Assembly (NCBI GenBank): GCA_963726245.1
Contig: CAVSBT010000039.1
Span: forward strand, 19,840-83,839
Direction of reading: 5' to 3'
Source: an uncultured Chloroflexia bacterium
GTDB taxonomy: Bacteria; Chloroflexota; Dehalococcoidia; DSTF01; JALHUB01
DNA: 64,000 nucleotides
Position numbers and translations under genes: made by a program. The notes under the pieces are model-generated. The model searched no databases and was not told where the DNA came from. It saw nothing but the letters and a program-made list of their open reading frames with translations. Shown one piece after another: positions 1 to 11,176 of the stretch (position 1 is its first letter; every line of letters starts with the position of its first letter).

Positions 1-55
1 CCAACTGCTCGCTCAGTCGAAGGCCAAGAAGATTGACCCCTGGGTAGCTCCGTGA
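1..55 (+). CDS. 3' end of upstream gene (probably nuoI), truncated by window edge
   Basis: Frame 2 reads QLLAQSKAKKIDPWVAP* and its TGA overlaps the nuoJ GTG (GTGA). Identity is inferred only from canonical nuo gene order. Confidence 0.4.
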   Translation, partial: QLLAQSKAKKIDPWVAP

Positions 56-549
56 CGGGCACGGAGTTCATCTTCTACCTGATGGCCGCGGCCGCCGTCG
101 GGGGCGGCCTGGGCGTCGTCCTGGCTCCGAACGTCGTCTACGCCGCCCTTTTCCTGCTCCTCAGCCTCCTGGCGGTGGCCGCCTTCTACATCCTCCTGGC
201 CACGGAGTTCCTGGCGCTGGTGCAGATCCTCATCTACGCCGGGGCCGTCACCATCCTGCTGCTCTTCGTGCTCATGCTGACGCGGGCGCACGACGTGACC
301 GTGGCCCTCGACGGGCCTCAGAAGCCCTTCGCCGCCCTTGCCGGCCTGGCGCTTTTCGGGCTGCTGGCGACGGCGGTGGCGAAGACCACCTGGCCCCGCG
401 ACGCGGGCACGATCACGCGCGTCCCCTTCGAGAGCATAGGCGACGCCCTCTTCCGCAGATGGGCCGTCCCTTTTGAAGTGGCCTCACTGGTACTGCTGGT
501 GGCCCTGGTGGGCGCCATAGTCCTCGCTCGTCCCGAGGAGGGCGAATAG
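52..549 (+). CDS. nuoJ: NADH-quinone oxidoreductase subunit J
   Basis: Five TM helices; motifs QILIYAGAV..LLFVLML and PFEVASLVLLVALVGA. Confidence 0.95.
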   Translation: MTGTEFIFYLMAAAAVGGGLGVVLAPNVVYAALFLLLSLLAVAAFYILLATEFLALVQILIYAGAVTILLLFVLMLTRAHDVTVALDGPQKPFAALAGLALFGLLATAVAKTTWPRDAGTITRVPFESIGDALFRRWAVPFEVASLVLLVALVGAIVLARPEEGE

Positions 550-552
550 ACC

Positions 553-879
553 TTGGAGAGCGTTGCTCAGGAGATCCCGCTGGAGCACTTCCTCATCGTC
601 AGCGGGATTCTCTTCTCCCTGGGCGTCTACGGCGTCCTGGCACGCCGCAACGCCGTCCTCATCCTCATGTCGGTTGAGTTGATGCTGAACGCTGTCAGCA
701 TCAACATGGTAGCCTTCGCCGTCTACACCGCCCCGGACCTGTTTGTCGGCATCATCTTCGCCGTGTTCGTTATCACGGTCGCCGCCGCGGAGGTGGGACT
801 GGCGCTGGGCATCATCCTGCGCATCTATCGCAACCGGGCCACGGCCAACGTGGACGAGGTGGACCAGCTCAAGTGGTGA
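553..879 (+). CDS. nuoK: NADH-quinone oxidoreductase subunit K
   Basis: RRN..ILMSVELMLNA and AAAEVGLAL motifs. Confidence 0.96.
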   Translation: MESVAQEIPLEHFLIVSGILFSLGVYGVLARRNAVLILMSVELMLNAVSINMVAFAVYTAPDLFVGIIFAVFVITVAAAEVGLALGIILRIYRNRATANVDEVDQLKW

Positions 880-948
880 GGGCTGCCCTCGCCGCCTGCT
901 GATCGCCACCGACTCTGATCACCGCTCAAGGAGGTAGCGTCCCCAACG

Positions 949-2862
949 ATGATCGGGATGTCGGACGCCTGGCTGATTCCTGTGCTGCCGGCCGCGGCCT
1001 TTGTCGTCCTGGTGCTGTTCGGCAACTACCTCCCCCGGAAGGGCGACTGGCTCGCCATCCTCGCCATCTCCGGTTCCTTCGTCCTCTTCTTCTTCGTCGC
1101 GGCTGACCTCACCGACGCTCTGGCCAAGACCGGCCGGGAGTTCGCCGGCGTCTCCAACAGCCACACCTGGTTCCGGGTGGGCGACGTCTTCGAGGTGCGA
1201 CTGGGCGTCTTCGTCGACCAGATCGCCGTCGTGATGCTGGCGGTGGTGACCTTCGTGTCGCTGATGGTGCAGGTCTACTCCCTGAGCTACATGAAGGGGG
1301 ACGCGCGCTACGGCTGGTACTACGCCGTCATGTCCCTCTTCGCCGCCGCCATGCTTACCCTGGTCCTGGCCGACAACTTCCTTCTCCTCTACTTCGTCTG
1401 GGAGATCGTGGGCATCTGCTCCTACCTGCTCATCGGCCACTACCACGAGCGGCGCTCGGCGGCGGAGGCGGCGAAGAAGGCCTTCATCACCACCCGCATC
1501 GGCGACCTGGGCTTCCTCATCGGGATCATCCTCCTCTGGCGCTCCGTGGGCACCTTCAACATCTCGGAGACCTTTCGGGCCGCCGGCGCCGGCGAGATCC
1601 CTACCAACTACCTGACGGTGTCGGTGCTTCTCCTCTTCCTGGGGGCGATGGGCAAGTCGGCCCAGTTCCCCCTGCACGTCTGGCTGCCCGACGCCATGGA
1701 GGGCCCGACGCCGGTCAGCGCCCTCATCCACGCCGCCACGATGGTGGTAGCCGGAGTCTACTTGGTGGCCCGCACCTTGCCCCTCTTTCAGGCCGCCGCC
1801 GGGTTCACGCTGCCCCTGGTGACGGGCATCGGCCTCATCACCGTCCTCATGTCGGCCACGATGGGGCTGGTGATGTCCGACATCAAACGCGTCGTCGCCT
1901 ACTCCACCCTCAACAGCCTGGGGCTGATGATGGTGGCCCTGGGGGCCGGCTTCACCACGGCCGCCATGTTCTATCTCTTCGTGCACGCCTTCTTCAAGGC
2001 CCTGCTCTTCCTCGCCGCCGGCTCCGTCTACCACGCCACCGACGAGCTGGAGGTGGAGCAGATGGGCGGCCTGGCGCGGAAGATGCCGCTGACGGCCATC
2101 ACCTTCGCCATCGGCGCCCTCTCCATGGCCGGCATCGTGCCGCTGGCCGGCTTCTGGGCCAAGGACGACATCCTGCGCGCCAGCTTCGATAACCAGAACA
2201 TCGCCGTCTTCCTGCTGATCGCGGCCAGCGTCGTGCTGACGGCGCTCTACATGACCCGCCTGGTGCTCCTCGTCTTCACGGGCGAGCCGCGCAACCGCCG
2301 CGTCCAGGAGCACGCCCACGACGGCCCGCCCGCCATGTCGCTGCCCCTGGTGGCCCTGGCTGTGCTCACGGTCGTGGGCGGCTTCGTCGCCTTCGACGCC
2401 GTGGGGAAGGTTCTGGGCTTCCCGGGCGGCATCGGGAAGTTCGTCTTCGTCGGCGGCGAACCGGAGAGCTTCGCCGTCAACGCCGGCGTGATGGCGCTGT
2501 CCATCGTCCTGGCGGTGGCGGGCGTCATCGGCGGCCTCTACATCTGGCGAGGGCAGGCTTTGCCCGCCCGTCGCGCCGCCGAGGCTTTCCCCTGGGCCTA
2601 CCGCATCCTGCGCAACAAGTACTACATGGACGACATCTACCAGACCCTAATCAACCGCGTCGTGCTGACCTTCTCCGCCGTGGTGGCCTTGTTCGACCGC
2701 GTCGTGGTGAACGACACGGGCGTCAACGGCACCGGCGCCGTGCCGCGCATCACGGGCTACGTGCTCAAGTTCCACGAAACGGGCAAGCTGCCCAACTACG
2801 CGTTGGGCATGGCCGTAGGCGTCATCGTGCTGGCCGTGGTGGCCTTCTCGCTGGCCGCATAG
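949..2862 (+). CDS. nuoL: NADH-quinone oxidoreductase subunit L
   Basis: GKSAQFPLHVWLPDAMEGPTPVSALIHAATMV and HAFFKALLFL motifs; AAGGAGG upstream. Confidence 0.97.
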   Translation: MIGMSDAWLIPVLPAAAFVVLVLFGNYLPRKGDWLAILAISGSFVLFFFVAADLTDALAKTGREFAGVSNSHTWFRVGDVFEVRLGVFVDQIAVVMLAVVTFVSLMVQVYSLSYMKGDARYGWYYAVMSLFAAAMLTLVLADNFLLLYFVWEIVGICSYLLIGHYHERRSAAEAAKKAFITTRIGDLGFLIGIILLWRSVGTFNISETFRAAGAGEIPTNYLTVSVLLLFLGAMGKSAQFPLHVWLPDAMEGPTPVSALIHAATMVVAGVYLVARTLPLFQAAAGFTLPLVTGIGLITVLMSATMGLVMSDIKRVVAYSTLNSLGLMMVALGAGFTTAAMFYLFVHAFFKALLFLAAGSVYHATDELEVEQMGGLARKMPLTAITFAIGALSMAGIVPLAGFWAKDDILRASFDNQNIAVFLLIAASVVLTALYMTRLVLLVFTGEPRNRRVQEHAHDGPPAMSLPLVALAVLTVVGGFVAFDAVGKVLGFPGGIGKFVFVGGEPESFAVNAGVMALSIVLAVAGVIGGLYIWRGQALPARRAAEAFPWAYRILRNKYYMDDIYQTLINRVVLTFSAVVALFDRVVVNDTGVNGTGAVPRITGYVLKFHETGKLPNYALGMAVGVIVLAVVAFSLAA

Positions 2863-2874
2863 GGTAAGGGAAAG

Positions 2875-4381
2875 ATGGCCCAAGGCTACATTCTCTTCAC
2901 GCTCATCGCCCTGCCCCTGGCGACGGCCTTCGTCCTGGCCGCTGTCCCCTCGAAGTACGGCAATGTGGTCCGTGGCATCGCCGCGTTCACGGGCCTGGCG
3001 CTCTTCAGCCTCGCCCTCTACTCCTTCCTCAACTACAGCTTCCAGGACGGCGAGGCCTTCCGCTTCCAGCTCCGCTGGGTCTGGCTGGAGAACGTCGCCT
3101 TCCTGGGCGAGAACGGCATCTCCCTCCACCTGGGCCTCGACGGCATATCGGCGCCGATGGTGCTGCTGAACGGCATCGTCGGCTTCGGCGGCGTCATCGT
3201 CTCCTGGAAGGTCGACTTCCGGAACAAGGACTTCTACATACTCTTCTTCACTCTGCTGACCGGCGTCTTCGGGACCTTCCTGTCCCTGGACCTCTTCTTC
3301 TTCTTCTTCTTCTACGAGCTGGCGGTGCTGCCCATGTACCTCCTCATCGGCGTGTGGGGCTCGAGCAGCGTCTTCCCCACCTTCGCGCGCACGAAGGAGT
3401 ATGGGGCGATGAAGCTGACCATCTACCTGGTGGCGGCCAGCATACTCATCTTCGTGGGCATCCTGGCCGTGTTCGTCAGGGCCGGCCTCGGCACCTTCGA
3501 CCTGCCCGCGCTCTACGCGCACGGCTTCGATGAGAACTTCCAGAAGGTCGTCTTCCCGGTGTTCCTGATAGGCTGCGGCGTCCTCGCGGGCCTCTGGCCC
3601 TTCCACACCTGGTCGCCCGACGGCCATGTGGCGGCGCCGACGGCCGTGAGCATGGTCCACGCCGGCGTGCTGATGAAGCTGGGGGCGTTCGGTATCATCC
3701 GGCTGGGCATCCAGCTCCTGCCGGAAGGCGCCCAGTTCTGGATGCCCGGCCTCATGGTCCTGCGGCACCATCAACGTCCTCTACGGGGCCGTCTCGGCCC
3801 TGTCGCAGACGGACTTCAAGTACATGGTGGGCTACTCGAGCGTCAGCCACATGGGCTACGTGCTCATGGGACTGGCCACCCTCAACCCAATCGGGGTGAA
3901 CGGCGCGGTGCTCCAGATGTTCTCGCACGGCGTCATGACGGCTCTCATGTTCGCCATGGTGGGCGCCATCTACGACCAGGCCCACGTGCGGGACATGGGC
4001 ATCTTCGGCGGCCTGGCAAACAAGATGCCACGCTTCGCGGCCTTCTGGGCGATAGCCTGCCTGGCCTCTCTGGGGTTGCCGGGGCTCTCCGGCTTCGTCG
4101 CCGAGTTCAACGTCTTCGTGGGCGCCTTCAGGACCTATCCCGCCTTCGGAGCGCTGGGCATCCTGGGGGCCACGATCACCGCCGTCTACATCCTGCGCAT
4201 GCTGGCCCTTGCCTTCTTCGGACCCTTCAATGAACGCTGGGCCAATCTGCGCGAGATGCAACGCACCGAGCAGTTTGTGGGGGCTTTGCTGATCGCTTTC
4301 CTGCTTCTCATGGGCGTCTTCCCGTCTCTCTTCATCGACCGCATCTCGGAGACGGTGCTGCGACTGCCGGGGGTGTCGTGA
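2875..4381 (+). CDS. nuoM: NADH-quinone oxidoreductase subunit M (apparent frameshift near 3760)
   Basis: ORF 2875 has PFHTWSPDGHVAAPT..LMKLG; it continues in ORF 3824..4381 with YSSVSHMG, QMFSHG, SLGLPGLSGFVAE. Confidence 0.93.
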
Positions 4382-4385
4382 CGAG

Positions 4386-4432
4386 GGAACAGGGAACAAG
4401 GAACAAGGAGCCAGCAGGTAGGAACCGGAACC
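4386..4432. repeat. Short tandem heptamer/hexamer repeats between nuoM and nuoN
   Basis: GGAACAG GGAACAA GGAACAA GGAGCCA, then GGAACC GGAACC. Confidence 0.7.
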
Positions 4433-5869
4433 GTGAACCTCGATTACTCGCTGCTGATCCCGGAGTTCATGCTGGCGGGGCTGGCCGTCCTGGTGGTGGC
4501 GGTCGACCTCTTCCTGGGCGAGAGGCTGCGGCGCGACTACATCCCCTACCTGTCGGCGGCGGGCCTGGCCGTCATCCTGGGCGTCTCCCTGGCCTGGATG
4601 AACAAGGAGAGCAACTTCGCCGGCCTCATCCAGATCGACAACTTCACCACCTTCTTCCGCGTCTTCTTCATCGGCATCACCTTCTTCGTCACCCTGGCCT
4701 CGGCGCACTTCGTGCGGGGTCGCCTGCGCCACGCCGGCGAGTACTACGGGCTGCTCATCCTCTCCACCATCGGCGCCATCTACATGGCGGCGGCGCGCGA
4801 GCTCCTGACGGCCTACATCTCGCTGGAGCTCCTGAGCTTCAGCCTCTACATCCTGGTCTCCTTCGCCAAGTTCGACCCTAAGTCCAACGAGGGCGGGCTG
4901 AAGTACATGCTCCTGGGGGCTTTCGCCTCGGCCATGCTGCTCTACGGCATCAGCTTCATCTACGGCGTCGCCGGCTCGACAACCTACAGCGAGATCGCCA
5001 CCGCCGTGGCCGGGAGCACCAAGAATTTCGACTTCGCGCTGCTGATGGGGCTGGTGCTGATCCTCGCCGGGCTGGGCTTCAAGGTGGCGGCCGTGCCCTT
5101 CCACATGTGGACGCCGGACGCCTACGAGGGGGCGCCGCTGCCCATCACCGCCTACCTCTCGGCCAGCTCCAAGGCGGCGGGCTTCGCCCTTCTCCTGCGC
5201 CTCTTCTCCGGGGCCTTCCTGCCTGTCCTGGATAGCTGGCAGTGGATGGTGGCCGCCCTCTCCGCCGTCACGATGACGGTGGGGAACGTCATCGCCATCC
5301 AGCAGCACAACATCAAGCGGCTGCTGGCCTACTCCAGCATCGGCCAGGTGGGCTTCATGCTCATCGGCATCGCCGCCCTCTCCGACGTCACGGCCAGCGC
5401 GCTGGTCCTGCACATGACGGGCTACGTCGTCACCAACCTGGCGGCCTTCGTCGTAGTCATCGGCTACTACAACCTGTCGGGCAAGGACGAGATCGCCGAC
5501 TACCGCGGCCTGGCGGAGCGGGCCCCCTTCCTGGCGGCCGGCCTGACCATCGCCCTCTTCTCCCTGGCCGGTCTGCCCTTCTTCGCCGGCTTCCTCACCA
5601 AGTTCATCCTCTTCCAGGCGGCGGCCGAGGAGGGCTTCCTCTGGCTGTCGGCGCTGGCGATGGTGAACAGCGTCATCTCCCTCTACTACTACCTGAACGT
5701 CATCAAGCAGATGTACATGGTGGAGCCGGAGGAGATGACGCGCTTCCGCGTGCCACTCACCGTGACCGGCTCCCTGGCCGTCCTCACCGCCGGCGTCCTC
5801 TTCATCGGCGTCTACCCCGGCCCTCTCTTCAAGATCGTCGATAACGCGACGGCCTTCCTTTTCCGATAG
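4433..5869 (+). CDS. nuoN: NADH-quinone oxidoreductase subunit N
   Basis: GFKVAAVPFHMWTPDAYEGAP and KRLLAYSSIGQ motifs. Confidence 0.97.
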   Translation: MNLDYSLLIPEFMLAGLAVLVVAVDLFLGERLRRDYIPYLSAAGLAVILGVSLAWMNKESNFAGLIQIDNFTTFFRVFFIGITFFVTLASAHFVRGRLRHAGEYYGLLILSTIGAIYMAAARELLTAYISLELLSFSLYILVSFAKFDPKSNEGGLKYMLLGAFASAMLLYGISFIYGVAGSTTYSEIATAVAGSTKNFDFALLMGLVLILAGLGFKVAAVPFHMWTPDAYEGAPLPITAYLSASSKAAGFALLLRLFSGAFLPVLDSWQWMVAALSAVTMTVGNVIAIQQHNIKRLLAYSSIGQVGFMLIGIAALSDVTASALVLHMTGYVVTNLAAFVVVIGYYNLSGKDEIADYRGLAERAPFLAAGLTIALFSLAGLPFFAGFLTKFILFQAAAEEGFLWLSALAMVNSVISLYYYLNVIKQMYMVEPEEMTRFRVPLTVTGSLAVLTAGVLFIGVYPGPLFKIVDNATAFLFR

Positions 5870-6049
5870 AACAACGCGCACGCAAGTCCTGAGCTGGTTT
5901 ACCGCCGCATGACCTGACGGCCTAGCAACCGCCTTCGGCCTAGCCGTCAACAACCGACTATGTATACGGAAGGCCGCTGAACGCGTCGAACCGGGGCGGG
6001 GGTGGTTTGGGGCGACGTGGGGTGGCGGCGTGTGGCGAAGGAGACGCGG

Positions 6050-8033
6050 ATGAGGTACAGACTAGCGGCTTTGGGCCTCGTGGCGGCGGCGGGAGGACTC
6101 TTCCTCTGGCTAGCGCTGCTCCATTTCGACTCCGGGCAGGCGCCCGTCGCCCAGTCAGCTCAGGTGGACACACAGTCCGCTCCGGATGCAGTCAGCGGAG
6201 CAGCCGGACTCGCGGCTGACGCCCAGGCGCCCGAAGCCAAGCTCGCCTCCGGAGGTGCTGGACCAAGTTGCGGCGGGAACGCTCCGGGAATGGCAGACCC
6301 GGCCGCCGTCTATTGCAGCAACCTGGGATACTCGTACCAGACCGTCACCAATAATGAGGGACAGAACGGCGCGTGCGTATTCCCGGACGGCAGCAGTTGC
6401 GACGCCTGGAACTTCCTGGAAGGCAAGTGCGGGCAGAGCTACTCGTATTGCGCGAAGCAAGGCTATGGCGTGACAACGAAGGCAGACGGCAAGGACGCTC
6501 TTTCAAGGGAGTACGGCGTCTGCGTCCAGGGCCAGCAGGAGATTGGCCCGGTGACGGAGTTGATGGGCCTGAGTGAGAAGGCCACCAAGGGGACTTTCTC
6601 CACGGACCAGAGCCCACTCGCTGGGGCGGAAGCGCCCTCGGCGCCTCCCACGGCTTCGTCTGCGCCTTCCTCCTTCGACTGGAGGAACTACAACGGGCAG
6701 AACTGGATGACTTCCGTGAAGGACCAGGGCGGATGCGGCTCGTGCTGGGCGTTTTCGGCCGTTGGCGCGGCTGAGCCCGCCTTCAACATAGCCGCGAACA
6801 ACCCCAACCTGGACCTGAACTTGTCCGAAGAGTACCTGGTGTCCGATTGCCACAGCTACTGGGGTGCACAGACTTGCTGCGGCGGATGGAACGACGTGGC
6901 TCTCAGCTTCATGACGGACAACGGCATTCCCGATGAGGCATGCATGCCATACGTGGACGCGTCGAGTTGCTCATGCAACAACGGCTGCGACTCCAATTGC
7001 ACGTACAGAACCGGCGCTAGCTGCAGCGACGCCACCTGCTCAAACAGGTGTTCCGACTGGTCGTCAAGGTTGACGCGACTAAGCGCGACTGGTCCCGTGT
7101 CTGCGGGGTCGATCAAGGACACGCTGGTGCAGAAGGGACCTCTCTCGGTCTGCTTTGGATACGGCTCCGAATTTGGCGGCAACTTCGACGCGAACGGCGT
7201 CTACAGGTGCAGCAGCGACACCGGCACGAATCACTGCGTGGTCCTTGTTGGATATGATGACCCCGGCGGCTACTGGATCCTCAAGAATAGCTGGGGCTCC
7301 TCCTGGAACGGCAACGGCTACTTCAAGCTGGGTTACGGGGAGTGCACCGTAGAGAACTACGTGTACTATGCAGAGGCGCCCGGCACAGCGCCCACCAGCA
7401 CGCCGACCCCCGCGGCGACGCCCACGGCCACGAGAACGGCCACGCGCACGGCTACCAGGACCGCCACGCGCACAGCCACAGCGACGCCCACTAGCGCGGC
7501 GACGGCAACGCCCACGCCTGTCAGGACTGCGACGCCCACCGGCACGCCCACAGCCACGGCAACGCGTACCCCAACCAGGACCGCTACGCCGACCGCCGCG
7601 GCGACGCGCACGGCTACCAGGACGGCCACGCCCACGCGCACCGGCGACGCCGACACGGACAGCGACGGCCACCGCGCCCACGCGCACCAGAACGCCGACT
7701 CGGACAGCTACGGCCACTCGCTCGCCCACGCCCACTGGAACGCCGCCAGCCGCCGACTGCCGGTTTGAAGACTCGGCGCGCGGCACGGCCCTCTCGCTCG
7801 CGGGCACCCACTTCGTTTTCACGGGGCCCGGCGGATTCGAGGTTCAAGGCACGGCGCGGCGCACCGGGAACAGGGTCTCGATCAGCACCCGGGTGGGAAG
7901 CGTGACGGTATCCGGCTCAGGCACTTGCCCGCTGGGGCCGGGCCGCTTCAGTGCCACAAGGCTGGGCTTCCCGTTCGTCAGATTCCAGCTGATCGACACG
8001 AGCCCCACGCGGCCGGCGTGGCTGGGAGGCTAA
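6050..8033 (+). CDS. Secreted/membrane-anchored papain-family (C1A) cysteine protease with DUF333-like Cys-rich modules, Thr/Pro/Ala linker and small C-terminal domain (apparent frameshift near 7640)
   Basis: Signal/TM segment; [19 protein letters not shown]; catalytic motifs [19 protein letters not shown]; the linker continues in the frame of ORF 7368..8033. Confidence 0.88.
7380..7750 (+). repeat. Low-complexity coding repeats ([11 protein letters not shown])n
   Basis: Recurring degenerate 6-12 nt units such as ACGGCCACG and ACGCCCACG. Confidence 0.8.
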
Positions 8034-8188
8034 GGCGGGAGAGAGGCGAAGTCAGAGGGACGAAGTCAGAGGCCCGACTGCGCGGGGGCAAACAGTGTAA
8101 GGGGCCCTGGTTTCCGGACGATCACGCACGTATCTCATGAAGGAGCGTACGAGGCACATTAGGAGTGTCGCGTATTCTTCAGAGCGAA

Positions 8189-8216
8189 GGCCAGGCTAAT
8201 GCCTGGCCCTCCGTTT
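8189..8216. terminator. Hairpin between convergent protease and glnA genes
   Basis: GGCCAGGC-TAAT-GCCTGGCC followed by CTCCGTTT. Confidence 0.55.
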
Positions 8217-8233
8217 GTGGCCGTCGAGGGATA

Positions 8234-9565
8234 CTAGAGAATCGGCAGGTAGCGGTCCAGCTCGAAGTCCGTCACGTGCGTTCGATAGCGATCCCACTCG
8301 ATCTTCTTGTTGGCGATCAGGCTTTCGAAGACGTGGTCGCCCAGCGCACGTCGCAGCAGGTCGCTCTTCTCAGCCTCCTCAATGGCCTCGAATAGGCTGC
8401 CCGGCAGCGTGCCGATGCCCCGCCGCTGCCGGTCGGCCTCCCCCATCTCGAAGACGTTCTCCTCCACCGGCTCCGGGCAGGGGTACTCCTTCTCGATGCC
8501 CTCCAGGCCGGCGGCCAGCATGGCCGCGAAGACCAGGTAGGGGTTGCAGGCCGGATCGGGGGACCTGTACTCGACACGGGTGGCGATCTCCTTGCCGGGC
8601 TTGTACTCGGGCACCCGCAGAAGGTCGGACCGATTACGACGGGCCCAGGTGATATAGACGGGGGCCTCGAAGCCGGGCATCAGCCGCTTATAGGAGTTCA
8701 CCCACTGGTTGGTGACCAGAGTGATCTCGCGGGCGTGGCGAAGGAGGCCGGTGATGTACGCCTTGGCGAGGGCCGAGAGGTGGTAGGGGTCCTTGGCGTC
8801 GAAGAAGGCATTGCGCTCCCCCTTGAAGAGGGACTGGTGCACGTGCAGGCCGCTCCCGTTCTGGCTCATCTTGGGCTTGGGCATGAAGGTAGCATAGACA
8901 CCCTGGCTCAGGGCCACCTCCTTGACCACCAGCCGGGCGGTCATGGTGTTGTCGGCCATAGTAAGGGCGTCGGTGTAGCGGAGGTCTATCTCGTGCTGGC
9001 TAGGGGCCACCTCATGGTGGCTCGTCTCGACGCCAACGCCCATGTCCTCCAGGGTGAGCACCGTCTCCCGGCGAAGGTCGGTGGCCATGTCCAGCGGCGT
9101 CAGGTCGAAGTAGCCGCCCGCGTCCAGCCCTTCGGTGGAACCGGAGGCCTTGAAGTAGAAGTACTCCAGCTCCGGCCCGACATAGAAGGTGAACCCGAGG
9201 TCGCTGGCCCGCTTCAGGTTGCGCTTGAGGACATAGCGGGGGTCTCCCTCGAAGGGGCTCCCGTCGGGATGGAGGACGTCGCAGAACATGCGGGCCACAC
9301 CCCGTTCACGAGGGCGCCACGGCACGAGCTGGAACGTGGTGGGATCGGGCATGGCCACCATGTCGCTTTCATCGATGCGCGCGAAGCCCTCGATGGAAGA
9401 GCCGTCGAAGCCCATCCCCTCCTCAAGAGCGCCCTCCAGCTCCTCCACGGTGATGGAGAAGCTCTTCAGGAAGCCCAGGATGTCAGTGAACCAGAGGCGT
9501 ATGAACTTGACGTCATGCTGACGACACGACTGGATCACGAACTCGCGGTTCTCTTCGGCGCTCAT
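8234..9565 (-). CDS. glnA: Glutamine synthetase type I-alpha (GlnA2-like)
   Basis: 443 aa; FDGSSIEGF, GPELEY, HHEVAPSQHE, TFMPKP, NGSGLH, NSYKRL, RVEYRSPDP; Phe at the adenylylation position (ENVFEM). Confidence 0.93.
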   Translation of the reverse strand: MSAEENREFVIQSCRQHDVKFIRLWFTDILGFLKSFSITVEELEGALEEGMGFDGSSIEGFARIDESDMVAMPDPTTFQLVPWRPRERGVARMFCDVLHPDGSPFEGDPRYVLKRNLKRASDLGFTFYVGPELEYFYFKASGSTEGLDAGGYFDLTPLDMATDLRRETVLTLEDMGVGVETSHHEVAPSQHEIDLRYTDALTMADNTMTARLVVKEVALSQGVYATFMPKPKMSQNGSGLHVHQSLFKGERNAFFDAKDPYHLSALAKAYITGLLRHAREITLVTNQWVNSYKRLMPGFEAPVYITWARRNRSDLLRVPEYKPGKEIATRVEYRSPDPACNPYLVFAAMLAAGLEGIEKEYPCPEPVEENVFEMGEADRQRRGIGTLPGSLFEAIEEAEKSDLLRRALGDHVFESLIANKKIEWDRYRTHVTDFELDRYLPIL

Positions 9566-9602
9566 GCTGATTCTCCCTCCACTGTGGGGTTATCCTCAGC
9601 TT

Positions 9603-9653
9603 AAATGAAAGGGCCCGGTAAGCCAAGCCCTCGACGGACTCGCTCCCGGGCCC
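9603..9653 (-). terminator. Long hairpin with U-rich tail between the two glnA genes
   Basis: Minus strand GGGCCCGG...CCGGGCCC followed by TTTCATTT. Confidence 0.6.
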
Positions 9654-9672
9654 CGGACGTGCGCGCCGTGCC

Positions 9673-11103
9673 CTACACGTCGAAGTACAAGTGGAACTCG
9701 TAAGGGTGCGGCCGCAGGCGAACGGCGTCGATCTCCGTTCGCTTATACGCCACCCAGGTTTCCAACACGTCCTTGGTGAAGACGTTCCCCTTGAGCAAGA
9801 ACTCGTGGTCCTCCTCCAGGGCGTTCAGGGACTCGTCGAGGGAGCCCGGCACCGTCCTGATGCAGGCCGCCTCCTCCGGCGACAGCTCGTAGGTGTTCTT
9901 GTCCAGCGGCGCCCCCGGATCGATCTGATTCTCGACCCCGTCCAGGCCGGCCATGAGCATGGCGGCGAAGCCCAGGTAGGGGTTGCAGGCGTTGTCCGGA
10001 GGGCGGAACTCCACGCGCTTGGTCTTCGGATTGTCGGTGTAGACCGGGATGCGCACGGCCGCACTGCGGTTGCGCGCCGAGTACACGAGGTTGACCGGCG
10101 CCTCGTAGCCGGGCACCAGCCGCTTGTAGGAGTTGGTGGTGGGCGCGCAGAAAGCCATCAGGGCCGGCGCGTGCTTGAGTAGGCCGCCGATGTAGTACTT
10201 GGCGGTCTCGCTGATCAATGCGTAGCCCTTGGGGTCGTAGAAGACGTTCGCGCCGCCCTTCCACAGGCTCTGGTGGCAGTGCATGCCGGAGCCGTTGTCC
10301 CCAAAGAGAGGCTTGGGCATGAAAGTGGCCACCTTGTTGTGCTTCCGGGCGATGTTCTTGACGACGTACCTGTACCACATCATCCTGTCGCCCATTTCGA
10401 CCAGGGTGTCGAACTTCATGTCGATCTCGCCCTGGCCGGCGGTGGCCACCTCGTGGTGGTGCACCTCGATGGGGATGCCCACGCCGATCAGGGTGAGGAT
10501 GATCTCGCTGCGGATGTCCTGAAACGAGTCGTGGGGTGGTACCGGGAAGTAGCCCTCCTTGAACCGTGGCTTGTAGCCCAGGTTGGGCTTCTCATCACGG
10601 CCGCTGTTCCACTCGCCCTCGACGGAATCGATGAAGTAGAAGCCGCAGCTCTCCGTCTGGTCGAAGCGAATGTCGTCGAAGATGAAGAACTCGCCCTCCG
10701 GGCCCCAGAAGCTCGTGTCGGCGACGCCGGTGGACTTCAGGTACTGCTCCGCCTTCTTGGCGATGTAGCGCGGATCTCGGTTGTAGGGCTGGCGGGTCAG
10801 CGGGTCGTAGATGTCGCAGATGATGCTGACCGTCGGTATGGTGCAGACGGGATCCAGGCGGGCCGTGTTGGGATCCGGTATGAGGATCATGTCGCTCTCC
10901 TGGATCGCCTGGAAGCCCCGGATGCTGGAACCGTCGAAGCCCACGCCCTCCACCCATATGCTCTTCGTCAGGTCGTCCATCTCCGTCAACTCAGAGACGG
11001 GCATGGAGAAGTGCTGCCACAGCCCAGGCAGGTCGTTGAACTTGAGGTCCACGATCTTGATGTCGTTCGCCTGGATGTACTTCTGGACGTCTTGCGGGCT
11101 CAA
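9673..11103 (-). CDS. glnA: Glutamine synthetase type I-beta
   Basis: 476 aa with beta-type insert ([15 protein letters not shown]); [23 protein letters not shown]; adenylylation Tyr retained (DKNTYEL); TTG start with AGGAG. Confidence 0.96.
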   Translation of the reverse strand: MSPQDVQKYIQANDIKIVDLKFNDLPGLWQHFSMPVSELTEMDDLTKSIWVEGVGFDGSSIRGFQAIQESDMILIPDPNTARLDPVCTIPTVSIICDIYDPLTRQPYNRDPRYIAKKAEQYLKSTGVADTSFWGPEGEFFIFDDIRFDQTESCGFYFIDSVEGEWNSGRDEKPNLGYKPRFKEGYFPVPPHDSFQDIRSEIILTLIGVGIPIEVHHHEVATAGQGEIDMKFDTLVEMGDRMMWYRYVVKNIARKHNKVATFMPKPLFGDNGSGMHCHQSLWKGGANVFYDPKGYALISETAKYYIGGLLKHAPALMAFCAPTTNSYKRLVPGYEAPVNLVYSARNRSAAVRIPVYTDNPKTKRVEFRPPDNACNPYLGFAAMLMAGLDGVENQIDPGAPLDKNTYELSPEEAACIRTVPGSLDESLNALEEDHEFLLKGNVFTKDVLETWVAYKRTEIDAVRLRPHPYEFHLYFDV

Positions 11104-11176
11104 GTGGAACTCTCCTTTCGTGTTTTCCGATTGAGGGATGACGGCCGGGTCGATGCCCGGCTGCCCGGTTCAAGCT

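Noticed and set aside
2875-4381. Split or duplicated nuoM (2M complex I)
   Set aside because: The two ORFs are consecutive halves of one NuoM joined by a single indel
919-5953. Long antisense ORFs (466, 375, 733 aa; likewise 27770..30169 and 22557..24242)
   Set aside because: Shadow frames of high-GC coding sequence with no protein motifs
8090-8140. c-di-GMP-I riboswitch (GGCAAAC)
   Set aside because: No GNRA/receptor stems or GCAAAG segment, and it lies between convergent genes
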